64,000 nucleotides of DNA from assembly GCA_965208125.1 (NCBI GenBank), contig OZ242320.1, positions 992,001-1,056,000 on the forward strand, written 5' to 3'. Of the stretch, positions 17,811-27,526 are shown in pieces. Both the position numbers and the translations under genes were made by a program. The first letter of the stretch is position 1; each line of letters begins with the position of its first letter. This stretch comes from Candidatus Latescibacterota bacterium. GTDB lineage: Bacteria; Latescibacterota; UBA2968. Below the pieces are notes generated by a model. The model was not told the DNA's origin and searched no databases. It saw only the letters and a program-made list of their open reading frames with translations.

Positions 17811-18473
17811 TTACGCTATAACCTGATAAACTCTACGCGAACTGCTCTGATCTGCGGGATCAAACTGCACAGAAACCGCATCAAAAACGCGCCGCAGTGC
17901 CCGTTCATAAGACGCCCCACCCGCACAAATCGCAAGAGTCCCACCCGCCCGAAGTCGCATTTGCAACACACGCAACATCGACAAACTATAAGCCTGGCGA
18001 TTCTCTGCTCGCGCCACCTGATCTGGCCCAACATCAATATGCATCGCAATACCGTGATAATTGCGCGGAGAACCCTGCACATAAGAACAAAAATCGCCCA
18101 CAACAAGCTCGACCCGTGCGTCATTCAGCAAATCGGCATTGGTCAAAAAGGTGCGATTCCATTCCACAATTTGCGGCTCAATTTCCACCACACAAACGGA
18201 CTGCACAGCCCTGTGCTTCAGCACCTGCCGCAGCGTCACGCCCAATCCAAGCCCACCAATCAACACATCGGCATATCTCTGACCTGGAGAAATCCCAGCC
18301 AGCGCGAGATCGGCAAGAGCGATCTCCAAATCGGAACTGCTACTCGCAATCGCACACCCATTTATAGAAAGCACATGATGCATCTGCTCGTCAACCGTCA
18401 CCGCTTCAAGCCGAAAATTTCCATTTTGTGTCTGGACCGATGCCACATGACCTGACGTACTATCGCTCTGCAT
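17811..18473 (-). CDS. Spermidine-synthase-like SAM-binding protein
   Basis: VLIGGLGLG, VVEIEP, LNDARVELVVGD. Confidence 0.7.
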   Translation of the reverse strand: MQSDSTSGHVASVQTQNGNFRLEAVTVDEQMHHVLSINGCAIASSSSDLEIALADLALAGISPGQRYADVLIGGLGLGVTLRQVLKHRAVQSVCVVEIEPQIVEWNRTFLTNADLLNDARVELVVGDFCSYVQGSPRNYHGIAMHIDVGPDQVARAENRQAYSLSMLRVLQMRLRAGGTLAICAGGASYERALRRVFDAVSVQFDPADQSSSRRVYQVIA

Positions 18474-18636
18474 TCATCGCGCCTTTTTTACTAAAAATCC
18501 AGTCTGGGCCAGTATTACAATATAACGGAGATTCCAAAATTTTCAAACACATTTGGTCGGAAAACGGGATCATTACCCACTTGATTTTTCAAACGCGAAT
18601 CCCTTTATTGACGCACCGTCCAACAGGAATACATTT

Positions 18637-19458
18637 ATGAGTCAACACATCGGCAACATTGAAATCATAGCAACACACATCCCTCGGGGACATTACCGTT
18701 CAGTACTCTTTGATTTTGACGGCACATTGTCGCTCATTCGCCAGGGCTGGCGTGAAATCATGATCCCCATGATGGTCGAAGTGCTCTCCGAACTCAACAC
18801 CGGCGAAACCGAAGCGGAACATCGCGTTCTGGTCACCGAATTTATCGACCGCCTCACCGGCAAACAAACCATCTACCAGATGATTCAACTCTGTGAAGAA
18901 ATCCAAAAACGCGGTGGCACACCAGACGATCCGCTCGCCTACAAACAGCGTTTTCACGACCTGCTCAACGCCCACATAGCCCATCGCATTCGCGGCCTCG
19001 AAACCGGCGAAATGGACCCCGGCAACCTCATGCTACCCCATACCCGCGCACTGCTCGACAATCTATCCAACCGCGGCCTGATGCTTTATTTAGCCAGCGG
19101 CACCGACCTCGTCTTTGTCCGCCGCGAAGTCGAATTACTCGGCCTTACAGCCTACTTTGAAGACCGCGTCTTTGGCGCTCTGGATCAGCACGAAAACTTT
19201 TCCAAAGCCATGGTCATTCAAAACATGCTCAAAACCCACGCCATAGACGGCTCTGAACTCCTCGGATTTGGCGATGGATACGTCGAAATCGAAAACGTAA
19301 AAGACGTGGGCGGCACCGCTGTCGGTGTCGCATCAGACGAAGTCAAACGCGAAGGCATTAATGCCTGGAAGCGAAACCGCCTCATCGAAGTCGGTGCAGA
19401 TATCATCATCCCGGAATACCGCGACCAAGAAACCCTCATCGCATATTTGTGTGACTAA
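18637..19458 (+). CDS. HAD-superfamily hydrolase
   Basis: FDFDGT motif I, ASGT, FGDGYVE. Confidence 0.85.
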   Translation: MSQHIGNIEIIATHIPRGHYRSVLFDFDGTLSLIRQGWREIMIPMMVEVLSELNTGETEAEHRVLVTEFIDRLTGKQTIYQMIQLCEEIQKRGGTPDDPLAYKQRFHDLLNAHIAHRIRGLETGEMDPGNLMLPHTRALLDNLSNRGLMLYLASGTDLVFVRREVELLGLTAYFEDRVFGALDQHENFSKAMVIQNMLKTHAIDGSELLGFGDGYVEIENVKDVGGTAVGVASDEVKREGINAWKRNRLIEVGADIIIPEYRDQETLIAYLCD

Positions 19459-19477
19459 CCACCCCAAAGGAGTTACC

Positions 19478-20602
19478 ATGAAAATTACCAAACTCGAAAC
19501 CTTTCTCGTCAAACCGCGCTGGCTCTTTCTAAAAATGCACACAGACGAGGGCCTCGTTGGCCTTGGTGAACCTATCCTCGAAGGACGCGCCCGTACCTGC
19601 GCTCAAGCCGTAGCAGAACTCGAACCCTATCTCATCGGCAAAGACCCCCGTCGCGTGGTCCATCACTGGCAGGCCATGTATCGCCATGCATTTTATCGCG
19701 GCGGACCCATACTCACCAGCGCCCTATCCGGTGTCGAACAAGCACTTTGGGACCTCGCCGGAAAAGCCGCAAACATGCCCGTCTATGAAATGCTCGGCGG
19801 CCCCCTGCGCGACCGCATCAAAATGTACAAAGGCACGGGAGGAGGCGGCACACCCGAACAGGCTGCTGCCGCAGTAAAAGAACGCAAAAAACAGGGATTT
19901 ATCGCCATAAAGACCGGTCCAGCCAAAATTCGCCCGGCGCGCATCGTCGAAACCCCGGCCTTCATCGATCACGCCGTTGAAACATTTGCCGCCATGCGCG
20001 AAGCGGGCGGGCCTGACTTTGACATCGCCATCGACTTTCACGGCGCCATATCACCGCAAACCGCTGCCATACTCATCAAAGCTCTCGAACCCTACCAGCC
20101 GATGTTTGTCGAAGAACCCATCCAGTGTCAAGACATAGAAGGCATGGCAGAACTCGCGCGCAAAACCCACTTACCCATCGCAACAGGCGAACGCATCTTC
20201 ACCAAATGGGGCTTCCGCGAACTCCTCGAAAAACGCGCCTGTTCCATCATACAGCCCGACCTGTCACACGCTGGTGGCATCTTCGAGACCCGCCTGATCG
20301 CGGGCATGGCCGAATCCTATTACGCAGCCGTTGCCCCACACTGTCCACTCGGTCCCATCTCCCTGGCCGCCTGCATCCAGCTCGACGCCAGCATCCCCAA
20401 CTTCCTCGCACAAGAACACACCATGTTTGGCGAAGACTACCTCAAAGAACCGTTCCAATTCAAAGACGGCTACGTCGAATTGCCCAAAGGTCCCGGCCTT
20501 GGCATTGAACTGGACGACGACAAAATGGAAGACAAAATAGGCCACGACTGGACCAATCAAAGATCCCTTCATCCCGACGATGGATCGGTCGTCGATTGGT
20601 AA
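19478..20602 (+). CDS. dgoD: Galactonate dehydratase (mandelate racemase/enolase family)
   Basis: KPRWLFLK, FYRGGP, DFHG, EEP, TGER, APHCPLGP. Confidence 0.85.
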   Translation: MKITKLETFLVKPRWLFLKMHTDEGLVGLGEPILEGRARTCAQAVAELEPYLIGKDPRRVVHHWQAMYRHAFYRGGPILTSALSGVEQALWDLAGKAANMPVYEMLGGPLRDRIKMYKGTGGGGTPEQAAAAVKERKKQGFIAIKTGPAKIRPARIVETPAFIDHAVETFAAMREAGGPDFDIAIDFHGAISPQTAAILIKALEPYQPMFVEEPIQCQDIEGMAELARKTHLPIATGERIFTKWGFRELLEKRACSIIQPDLSHAGGIFETRLIAGMAESYYAAVAPHCPLGPISLAACIQLDASIPNFLAQEHTMFGEDYLKEPFQFKDGYVELPKGPGLGIELDDDKMEDKIGHDWTNQRSLHPDDGSVVDW

Positions 20603-20624
20603 AACAGCTTCTCAAGGAGACCGC

Positions 20625-21362
20625 ATGTCACAACTCACCGGAAAAATCGCACTCGTCACCGGCAGTGGACGGGGTATTGGTCGCGCCATAGCCATCGCCT
20701 TTGCCACAGAAGGAGCCGACCTCATACTCGCCGCACGCACGACCGAACAACTCGATGCCGTTGCCGAAGAAATTCGCGCCCTCGGTCGCAATGTCCTGTC
20801 CGTACCCACCGATGTCACCGATCGCGAGAGCGTAGATGCATTGGCAGAAAAAGTCCGCGGAGAATTTGATCGTCTGGACATCCTCGTCAACAACGCGGGC
20901 GGCGGCATAGAGCGCAACAGCATCCTCGACAGCAATCCCGACATCTGGATCAAAGACGTCACGGTAAACTGCATCAGCGCCTACCTCGTCTCGCACGCCC
21001 TGCTACCCCTCATGATCAAATCTGGCGGTGGCAGAGTTATCAACGTGGGATCGGGCATGGGCCATCGCCCCAGAGCGGGCAATTCTGCGTATAACGTCGG
21101 CAAAGCCGGTATGTGGATGTTCACTCAATGCCTGGCCGAAGAAGTCTGGGAAAACAACATCACAGTCAACGAACTCATCCCCGGCCCGGTAGCCACACAT
21201 CTTACCGGAGATCGCATGAGAGTGGGCGGTCCACCGCCATTTGCACCCAGCGAAGTCGTCAAAGCACCCGAAGATGTCGTCCCTCTCGCCCTCTTCTTAG
21301 CCACCCAACCCGATGGGGGACCGACCGCTCAAACCTTCAGCCTGACCCGTCGCCCGATTTAA
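20625..21362 (+). CDS. SDR family oxidoreductase
   Basis: TGSGRGIG, NNAG, YNVGK. Confidence 0.9.
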   Translation: MSQLTGKIALVTGSGRGIGRAIAIAFATEGADLILAARTTEQLDAVAEEIRALGRNVLSVPTDVTDRESVDALAEKVRGEFDRLDILVNNAGGGIERNSILDSNPDIWIKDVTVNCISAYLVSHALLPLMIKSGGGRVINVGSGMGHRPRAGNSAYNVGKAGMWMFTQCLAEEVWENNITVNELIPGPVATHLTGDRMRVGGPPPFAPSEVVKAPEDVVPLALFLATQPDGGPTAQTFSLTRRPI

Positions 21363-21384
21363 CCCCATCCCAAAAGGAATAACT

Positions 21385-23337
21385 ATGTCAAAAAAAATAA
21401 TCGCCTACGGCATGGACGGCTTTATCACCCCCATGATGAAATACTTTGCCGACGAAGGCGTCATCCCAACTTTCAAACGTCTGCTCGACGAGGGCGCAGT
21501 CAACGAAACCTTTCCCTCCTTCCCGGTCTGGACACCCACCAACTGGGCAACCCTCTCCACTGGCGCGCACACCGGCACCCACAGCGTCACGCGCTGGCGC
21601 GTTGAAGTAGGTCCTGGCGAACGCATCAACTCTTTTCACGGCCGCGCCAACAATGCCCAGCGTCTGTGGAACGCCCTCGAGCGCGAAGGACTCAAAGGCG
21701 TTGCCCTGCACTATCCGGCAGCGCATCCATCAGGCGTGGAAAAAGGGTATGTAATCGATGGATTTGGTCATCCCGGACACGCCAGCACCGACTATGAAAT
21801 CGCCGCAGCACAGGCTTATACCACCGCCGAACACGTCGAAGAAATCGTACAAATGGACCACGACGGCACAGCCGTGCGCCGGAGACAGCGAAGCATAGAA
21901 CCCATCCCAGCACTATCGCCCGCAGATGGCTGGACCAATCTCCCGCAAAGTGCTACCCCGCCTCTCGCTTCTACCATTGAAATCCACGCGCGCCTCGGCG
22001 GCGACATCAACCGCTTTCACCTGCTCGTCTTCGCCAGTGCCAACAGCGGATACGACACCCTGCGCGTCTGCCGATCTCAAAATGGCAACGACCACATCGC
22101 CGAAGCCAGCACGGGATCGTGGAGCAACTGGGCCATCGAACCCTTCCGCATCGAAAGTCGCGAACAACGCGCCTCTGTGCGCTTCAAACTCCTCGAACTC
22201 GAACCCGATGGCTCCCATCTCAAGCTCTACCGCTCTCAGATCACATATAGCGACGGCTTCACATATCCAGATGACCTCGCCGACGAACTCATCCAGCGAT
22301 TTGGCCCCTATCAAGAACACGCCTCAATGACCCCCTACACCTCTGGCATGACCGACTTTGACACCGCCCTTGAAGAATGCGAATATCAGGGCCTCTGGTT
22401 TGCCGACGTCGCCAATTATATGCTCCACAAAAAAGATGCCAGTTTCTTCATCTGTCACTGGCACCTCTACGACTACATCAACCACATCCACCTCGACGGC
22501 GTCGATCCCGTTTGCCCGGCTTACGACCCCGACAAAGCCGACGACATCATGCACCTCTTCCGCAAAGCCTACATCGTTGGCGACAAAATTTTAAAACGCA
22601 TGTGGGACGCCGCCGATGACACCACCTATGTCGGCGTGCTTTCCGATCACGGCGCATCGCCGGATGTGCGCATCGCCAATATCCGAAAATTCCTGCACGA
22701 CACAGGATTCACCGTCCTGAAAGAAGACGCCAGCGACAGCGTCGAGCGCGATGAAGTCCTCGAAAGAGAAATCGACTTTGAAAAAACCCGCGCCTACCTC
22801 AAAGACGACAAGGGATTCGACATCTGGATCAACGCCGAACCCGGTCCCAAATTCGACGAAATCGAACGCGATGTCCTCCTCGCCCTTCGCACCTGGGTCG
22901 ATGAAGACATCGGTCGCAATGTAGTTGCCATCGCCCTGCCCAGACGCGACGCGTACATACTCGGGCAATGGGGCGACCAGTGCGGCGACGTCATCTTCGC
23001 CTGGGATCACGGATTCGTCAGCGGGTACTACGGCCAGTGGAAAGGCATTGTGGGCGGCGGCTGCGTAGGCGCACCCGAAGTCTTCGGCGCACACCACGGC
23101 GGCTTTATCCCCACGCGCAGCGATATCTCATCGAGCTTCGGTTCTTTCTTTCTATCGGGTCCCGGCATCAAAAAAGGCTACGAACGCCCCACCGACAAAC
23201 TCGGCTACATCCACGCCGCAGACGTCGTCCCCACGCTTTGCCACATCTTCGGCATTGCGCCACCGGACCAGAGTCAGGGCGCGGTTGCCTACGACATTCT
23301 CGAAGGGCATGAAATGGTGCGGGAACGGCCTGAATAA
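21385..23337 (+). CDS. Alkaline phosphatase superfamily nucleotide pyrophosphatase/phosphodiesterase
   Basis: GMDG, WTPTNW (Thr nucleophile), SDHG, GAH, DVVPT. Confidence 0.8.
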   Translation: MSKKIIAYGMDGFITPMMKYFADEGVIPTFKRLLDEGAVNETFPSFPVWTPTNWATLSTGAHTGTHSVTRWRVEVGPGERINSFHGRANNAQRLWNALEREGLKGVALHYPAAHPSGVEKGYVIDGFGHPGHASTDYEIAAAQAYTTAEHVEEIVQMDHDGTAVRRRQRSIEPIPALSPADGWTNLPQSATPPLASTIEIHARLGGDINRFHLLVFASANSGYDTLRVCRSQNGNDHIAEASTGSWSNWAIEPFRIESREQRASVRFKLLELEPDGSHLKLYRSQITYSDGFTYPDDLADELIQRFGPYQEHASMTPYTSGMTDFDTALEECEYQGLWFADVANYMLHKKDASFFICHWHLYDYINHIHLDGVDPVCPAYDPDKADDIMHLFRKAYIVGDKILKRMWDAADDTTYVGVLSDHGASPDVRIANIRKFLHDTGFTVLKEDASDSVERDEVLEREIDFEKTRAYLKDDKGFDIWINAEPGPKFDEIERDVLLALRTWVDEDIGRNVVAIALPRRDAYILGQWGDQCGDVIFAWDHGFVSGYYGQWKGIVGGGCVGAPEVFGAHHGGFIPTRSDISSSFGSFFLSGPGIKKGYERPTDKLGYIHAADVVPTLCHIFGIAPPDQSQGAVAYDILEGHEMVRERPE

Positions 23338-23344
23338 ATAAAAC

Positions 23345-23416
23345 ATGACACAACAATTTGCCCTCTGCACCAATAACGAGGGATATGAAGCGTCTCTCAA
23401 AGTGAGTAAGATATGA
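23345..23416 (+). pseudogene. N-terminal fragment of a small conserved hypothetical protein
   Basis: MTQQFALCTNNEGYEASLKVSKI* resembles the start of a recalled small-protein family; stops at the next gene start. Confidence 0.4.
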
Positions 23417-24192
23417 TGAATGCACAACATGCGGCGTTTACGCCAGCACAGGGGTATGTGGGGATCATTGTTCTTATCGCCTACCTGACGATTACATCCT
23501 GTACCGCCACGAAGGGCGCAACCGAGGCTGAGTTCAGCTTCACTTTTCAAAGCGATGCCGAAGGCTGGACGGCCGGATTTGCCGATCTTCCCGCCGACTT
23601 CGATCCATCAATCTACGAACTCGATTCCGGTTATCGCCCTCTGCCACCAGGTCTTGAAGGCAATGGTCTCTACATCCAGGGACATAATCGCAGCGACGAC
23701 CTCTTCATGTTTTTCAAGAGGCGAATTGACGGGCTTAAGGCAGATGCGACCTACGCGGTATTCGCCTCCCTCGACCTGGCGACCAATGTTCCGTCCAACA
23801 CCTTTGGCATCGGTGGCTCTCCCGGCGAGAGCGTGTACGTAAAAGCGGGCGCATCTACCGTTGAACCCGTAGCAGAGGGAGACAACCTCAGACTGAACAT
23901 CGACAAGGGAAACCAGTCCAACGGCGGCACGTCAATGGTCGTTATCGGAAACGTCGCTCATCCCGAGGTTGTCGGCGAAGAGTTCCGGCTCAAGTCTCTT
24001 GACAACGCCGACAATCCAGTGAACGTCACGACTGACAGCAAGGGTGGGCTCTGGCTGATCGTCGGTACCGACTCCGGCTTTGAGGGACTGAGCACTTTCT
24101 ACTACGCCCGCATTGCCTACACACTCAAAATAGTGGAATCCCCTAACTCAGGGGCTTCACTTCTCGGGCCGAGTAATCGGAGTTTGGATTAG
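23413..24192 (+). CDS. Putative lipoprotein / exported beta-rich hypothetical protein
   Basis: Hydrophobic stretch ending ITSC; GW..GFADLP, NRSDDLFM, NIDKGNQS, GTDSGFEG motifs. Confidence 0.65.
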   Translation: MMNAQHAAFTPAQGYVGIIVLIAYLTITSCTATKGATEAEFSFTFQSDAEGWTAGFADLPADFDPSIYELDSGYRPLPPGLEGNGLYIQGHNRSDDLFMFFKRRIDGLKADATYAVFASLDLATNVPSNTFGIGGSPGESVYVKAGASTVEPVAEGDNLRLNIDKGNQSNGGTSMVVIGNVAHPEVVGEEFRLKSLDNADNPVNVTTDSKGGLWLIVGTDSGFEGLSTFYYARIAYTLKIVESPNSGASLLGPSNRSLD

Positions 24193-24278
24193 GTTTGCGC
24201 GAGCACTCAATATTCATTTGTTGTGGTGAAACGACCCGTAAAGTTTTTTAAAAATTTTTCTTTTCATGCCTTCGGCGA

Positions 24279-24440
24279 CTTCATTTTTTGGCGCGCCAAA
24301 AAATGAAGCAAAAAAAGGGCGCCCCTGCGGGGGGCTTGCACAGCGCAAATCGTTTCTATAGTACAACATCAGACGATGGCCTTCAAAGTTTAGTGCAAAA
24401 TGGACATTAGGTGCGAATCGGACTCACGCGCTGTGCGAGA
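24279..24440. repeat. Structured intergenic element with a perfect 30-bp palindrome (24279-24308)
   Basis: CTTCATTTTTTGGCG|CGCCAAAAAATGAAG, then a GCCCCTGCGGGGG hairpin and a GCACAGCGC..GCGCTGTGC inverted pair. Confidence 0.6.
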
Positions 24441-24510
24441 TGGCTTGAGCCGATAAAAATGCTGACGGCTTATTCTTTTGATTTATGCACACCTCTAAAA
24501 AAAGAATGAT

Positions 24511-24726
24511 ATGTTTGATATTCACAACCTTATGGCGAACCTATCCCAACACCGCCCGATATTCCATTCAGAAACGGATTTTCAATTACACTGGAAGGAT
24601 TACTCATCTCTTAAGTGGAGGATGCCCTTCTTCCCCGACCAGTCACCTTCCGATAGTTGGGAATATCATCCAATTGATTACTCACGATTCCGGTACCTCG
24701 CAGTCTCGGTTAAACCAAGTCCATGA
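24511..24726 (+). pseudogene. Apparently internally deleted hypothetical gene
   Basis: N-terminal RPIFHSETDFQ joined to C-terminal-like WKDYS..FRYL in only 71 aa. Confidence 0.4.
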
Positions 24727-24779
24727 TGAAAACAGAGGGTGCTTTCTGTAGGCATAAAGAACTCCAGAACACATTAGAC

Positions 24780-24878
24780 AGAAAAGGGTTTACGAGGTCG
24801 AATCTCAAGCTCTTAATACTCCACCAAAGCGGGGTAAATCCAGAGAATCCCAATGCTTCAGCTTTGGGAGTACGTCAA
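24780..24878 (+). mobile_element. Orphan IS200/IS605-family right end (TnpB omegaRNA-like remnant); 5' limit uncertain
   Basis: AGAATCCCAATGCTTCAGCTTTGGGAGTACGTCAA terminal hairpin ending in TCAA; no tnpA or tnpB nearby. Confidence 0.55.
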
Positions 24879-24911
24879 ATCACGGTTTTTGAAAGCTAAT
24901 AGCGATAGATG

Positions 24912-24940
24912 TTGACACGAGTCCGGCAGAATGCGATACT
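24912..24940 (+). promoter_or_regulatory. Sigma70 promoter of hicBA
   Basis: TTGACA-N17-GATACT with extended -10 TG. Confidence 0.7.
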
Positions 24941-24982
24941 TTCCACGCATTGCACCAAAAGCAAACTGGAAAGGAGTACAAG

Positions 24983-25228
24983 ATGATAGAAGGATATCGA
25001 TTACATCTTCAGATCAGGCGAGTAGAAAACGGCCAACACCTCGCTACCTCTGACGATTTTCCCGGTCTCGTGGCACAAGGAAGAACCGTGTCTGAAGCGA
25101 TTGAAATTGCTCAAGACGTGGCAAGGAAACTAATTGAATCCTATCGGGAACATGGCGACATTCTGCCAAAGGGTTTGCAGGCCATCAATACAGAGAGCGT
25201 TGAATTGGACGTTCTCGTAGGTGTGTGA
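24983..25228 (+). CDS. hicB: HicB family antitoxin
   Basis: SDDFPGLVAQGRTVSEAIEIAQDV; AAGGAG RBS. Confidence 0.85.
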   Translation: MIEGYRLHLQIRRVENGQHLATSDDFPGLVAQGRTVSEAIEIAQDVARKLIESYREHGDILPKGLQAINTESVELDVLVGV

Positions 25229-25452
25229 TGGGTCGGCTGGCAGGTTTTACATATCGACAAGTGACCCGCAAATTGCGGCGTTTGGGATTCGAGTTTGATC
25301 GGCAAGCACGGGGAAGTCACGAGATCTGGTGGAACCCTGATACGCGATATCGGACCACTATTCCCAATCATCCTGGAGACTTACCAGAAGGAACTTTATC
25401 CGCAGTTTTGAAGCAAGCGGGTATAACCGTGGAAGAATTCCTTAGAGCTTAG
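25228..25452 (+). CDS. hicA: HicA family toxin
   Basis: GFEFDRQARGSHEIW..TTIPNH..GTL. Confidence 0.9.
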   Translation: MGRLAGFTYRQVTRKLRRLGFEFDRQARGSHEIWWNPDTRYRTTIPNHPGDLPEGTLSAVLKQAGITVEEFLRA

Positions 25453-25468
25453 GATATTGAAAAACGAT

Positions 25469-25645
25469 TTAATGAACTTCATGTTCAGGATCAGAAAGCG
25501 AGCAAGGAAGTTCAGATTCCCGTAGAATATTTTTTGGACCTTCACCAGGCCTAACATCCGTCCCTAAATGAAGCGTATCCTGCGTTGTAAGATGCTTCGC
25601 ATAGGGATTCTTGACGGATTTCGAGAAGTCGTATTCTTTTCTCAT
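25469..25645 (-). pseudogene. BrnA-like antitoxin N-terminal fragment
   Basis: MRKEYDFSKSVKNPYAK then diverges; no toxin partner. Confidence 0.55.
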
Positions 25646-25683
25646 AACATATACCTCACACACAGCCTCATTGTGCTACTGGG

Positions 25684-25920
25684 CTATAATTTATCATATT
25701 CTTCCGGCTCTACATCCGGCACATTTGCCAAAACAGCTTCAAACTTCTGGCGGCTACCTCGCTTAGCACGCTCTTTTAGATACTCAACCGTCGCCAAAGC
25801 CGACATCTTCTCCGCCACTGCCAGAGTGATAAACTGGTTCATAGAAATCCCCTCCGCCTCCGCCATCTGCTTGATCCGCTTATGCAGTGAGTCGGGCAAT
25901 CGAATGCTCAATGTACGCAT
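25684..25920 (-). CDS. Ribbon-helix-helix (HicB-like) antitoxin, orphan
   Basis: LSIRLPDSLH..AEAEGISMNQFITLAVAEKMSAL. Confidence 0.8.
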   Translation of the reverse strand: MRTLSIRLPDSLHKRIKQMAEAEGISMNQFITLAVAEKMSALATVEYLKERAKRGSRQKFEAVLANVPDVEPEEYDKL

Positions 25921-26021
25921 GACAAAGTTCCTATTCTTAATTTATACATAATACCAAACATCTTGGCAATAGGCAGAACTCACTCCTCACCCAATGAGAG
26001 AAACGAAGCAGCCTTACCACA

Positions 26022-26783
26022 TCACCGACAACAGCGAAACCCGATCCCTTTGCCTTGCCATATGGGACTGAGTCTGCCGCGCTCTTGCACCCGCACGGCT
26101 GGCGCGCCATTTACCCAACCACCACCGCGCATCACGCGCAAGCTCCCACTCTCTGGTCCCTGGGGATTTTCCCGCGGACTATTGCGATAATAATCCACGC
26201 GATACCAATCCGACACCCACTCCCACACATTACCCGACAAATCCGACACCTCAAAAGGACTCATACCATTGGGAAAACTACCCACAGTCGTTGGCTTGCC
26301 CACATGCCCATTAAAATTCAACCGCGTCGGATCGGGATACTCATTGCCCCAGGGATAAATACGTCCATCGCCACCCGCGGCCTTTTCCCACTCCGCCTCG
26401 GAACACAACCGCTTGCCTGCCCACGCGCAAAAATCCTGTGCATCAAACCAGGTCACACCAACAACTGGTTGCCGCGCGGCATTAAACCCCACAGAATCCG
26501 CACAAGCCGAAGGATCGCGTCCTGTTGTCGCAACGAATAACCTGTAATCCGCGTTCACCACCTCAAAGCGATCAATCCAGAAAGCATCCAAAAACACCAC
26601 ATGTTCGGGACCTTCATCTCGTCCATACTCATTGGTCCCCATCACAAATTCGCCCGCTGGAATTTCGACCATCTCCTCAATCAACTCGCCCTCTGATTCT
26701 GGCTGAACGGGATAATCATCGCCGCAATTAGCTATCAACCCCATCCCAATGAGCACGCACAAAAATTTCAAAATATCGCTCAT
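26022..26783 (-). CDS. Formylglycine-generating enzyme (SUMF1) domain lipoprotein, probably non-catalytic
   Basis: IPAGEFVMG, PVVGVTW, EAEWEKAA, GNVWEW, RGGGW, GFRC; lipobox IANC; no catalytic Cys pair after RGG. Confidence 0.85.
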   Translation of the reverse strand: MSDILKFLCVLIGMGLIANCGDDYPVQPESEGELIEEMVEIPAGEFVMGTNEYGRDEGPEHVVFLDAFWIDRFEVVNADYRLFVATTGRDPSACADSVGFNAARQPVVGVTWFDAQDFCAWAGKRLCSEAEWEKAAGGDGRIYPWGNEYPDPTRLNFNGHVGKPTTVGSFPNGMSPFEVSDLSGNVWEWVSDWYRVDYYRNSPRENPQGPESGSLRVMRGGGWVNGAPAVRVQERGRLSPIWQGKGIGFRCCR

Positions 26784-26865
26784 TGTAGCCTCCTAAATGA
26801 CACCGCTAAAACAGCGGCATCCGAAAGAGGTTGTTTATCCTCAATATCGCGTGTATTTTTGCGTC

Positions 26866-26898
26866 CTGGATCGCGGCTAACACCATGCCGCGATGACA
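26866..26898. repeat. REP-like palindrome family A, copy 1
   Basis: CTGGATCGCGGC-TAACACCAT-GCCGCGATGACA. Confidence 0.85.
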
Positions 26899-26921
26899 CC
26901 TGTGAATACGTTGGAGAAATC

Positions 26922-27422
26922 ATGAACAAAGTCACCACATATTACCTCGAAATGAAATCGCCAACTTTGCTCAACGAAAAAACGGAATCAAACGGACTGC
27001 AAGTACATGAATGCGAAATCAAACAATATCAATTTAACAAATTCCTGTATCAATTCATAGGCGGACCCTGGGAATGGACAAATAAACTCTCATGGTCAGA
27101 CGAAAAATGGAAAGCACATGTAGAAAACGACAACCTGAGAACATGGCTTGCGCAGTACAAAGGCGCACCTGCTGGATACTATGAACTCCACAAGCAAGAC
27201 GATGGCAACGTCGAAATCCTCTATTTTGGTCTGGCCACCAAATTCATCGGACAGGGCTTTGGAGGTTATCTCTTATCCCATGCAATAAAATCCGCCTGGA
27301 AGTGGGGACAAACAAAAAGAGTATGGGTACACACCTGCACCCTTGACCATCCATATGCACTGCAAAATTACAAATCACGAGGCATGGAAGTCTATCGCGT
27401 GGAGACTACTGACCAGGAGTAA
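26922..27422 (+). CDS. GNAT family N-acetyltransferase
   Basis: YFGL..FIGQGFGG, WVHTCTLDHP.AL.NY..RG. Confidence 0.9.
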   Translation: MNKVTTYYLEMKSPTLLNEKTESNGLQVHECEIKQYQFNKFLYQFIGGPWEWTNKLSWSDEKWKAHVENDNLRTWLAQYKGAPAGYYELHKQDDGNVEILYFGLATKFIGQGFGGYLLSHAIKSAWKWGQTKRVWVHTCTLDHPYALQNYKSRGMEVYRVETTDQE

Positions 27423-27437
27423 TGACACCAAAACCTT

Positions 27438-27500
27438 CTGGATCGCGGCTAAAACCACGCCGCGATGACAAACGGGACGGCACGGGGGCCGTCCCCTACA
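27438..27500. repeat. REP-like family A copy 2 (27438-27470) adjoining a GTAG-type REP (27472-27500)
   Basis: CTGGATCGCGGCTAAAACCACGCCGCGATGACA + ACGGGACGGCACGGGGGCCGTCCCCTACA. Confidence 0.8.
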
Positions 27501-27526
27501 ACACGCGAATAAACAAAGGAGAACCC

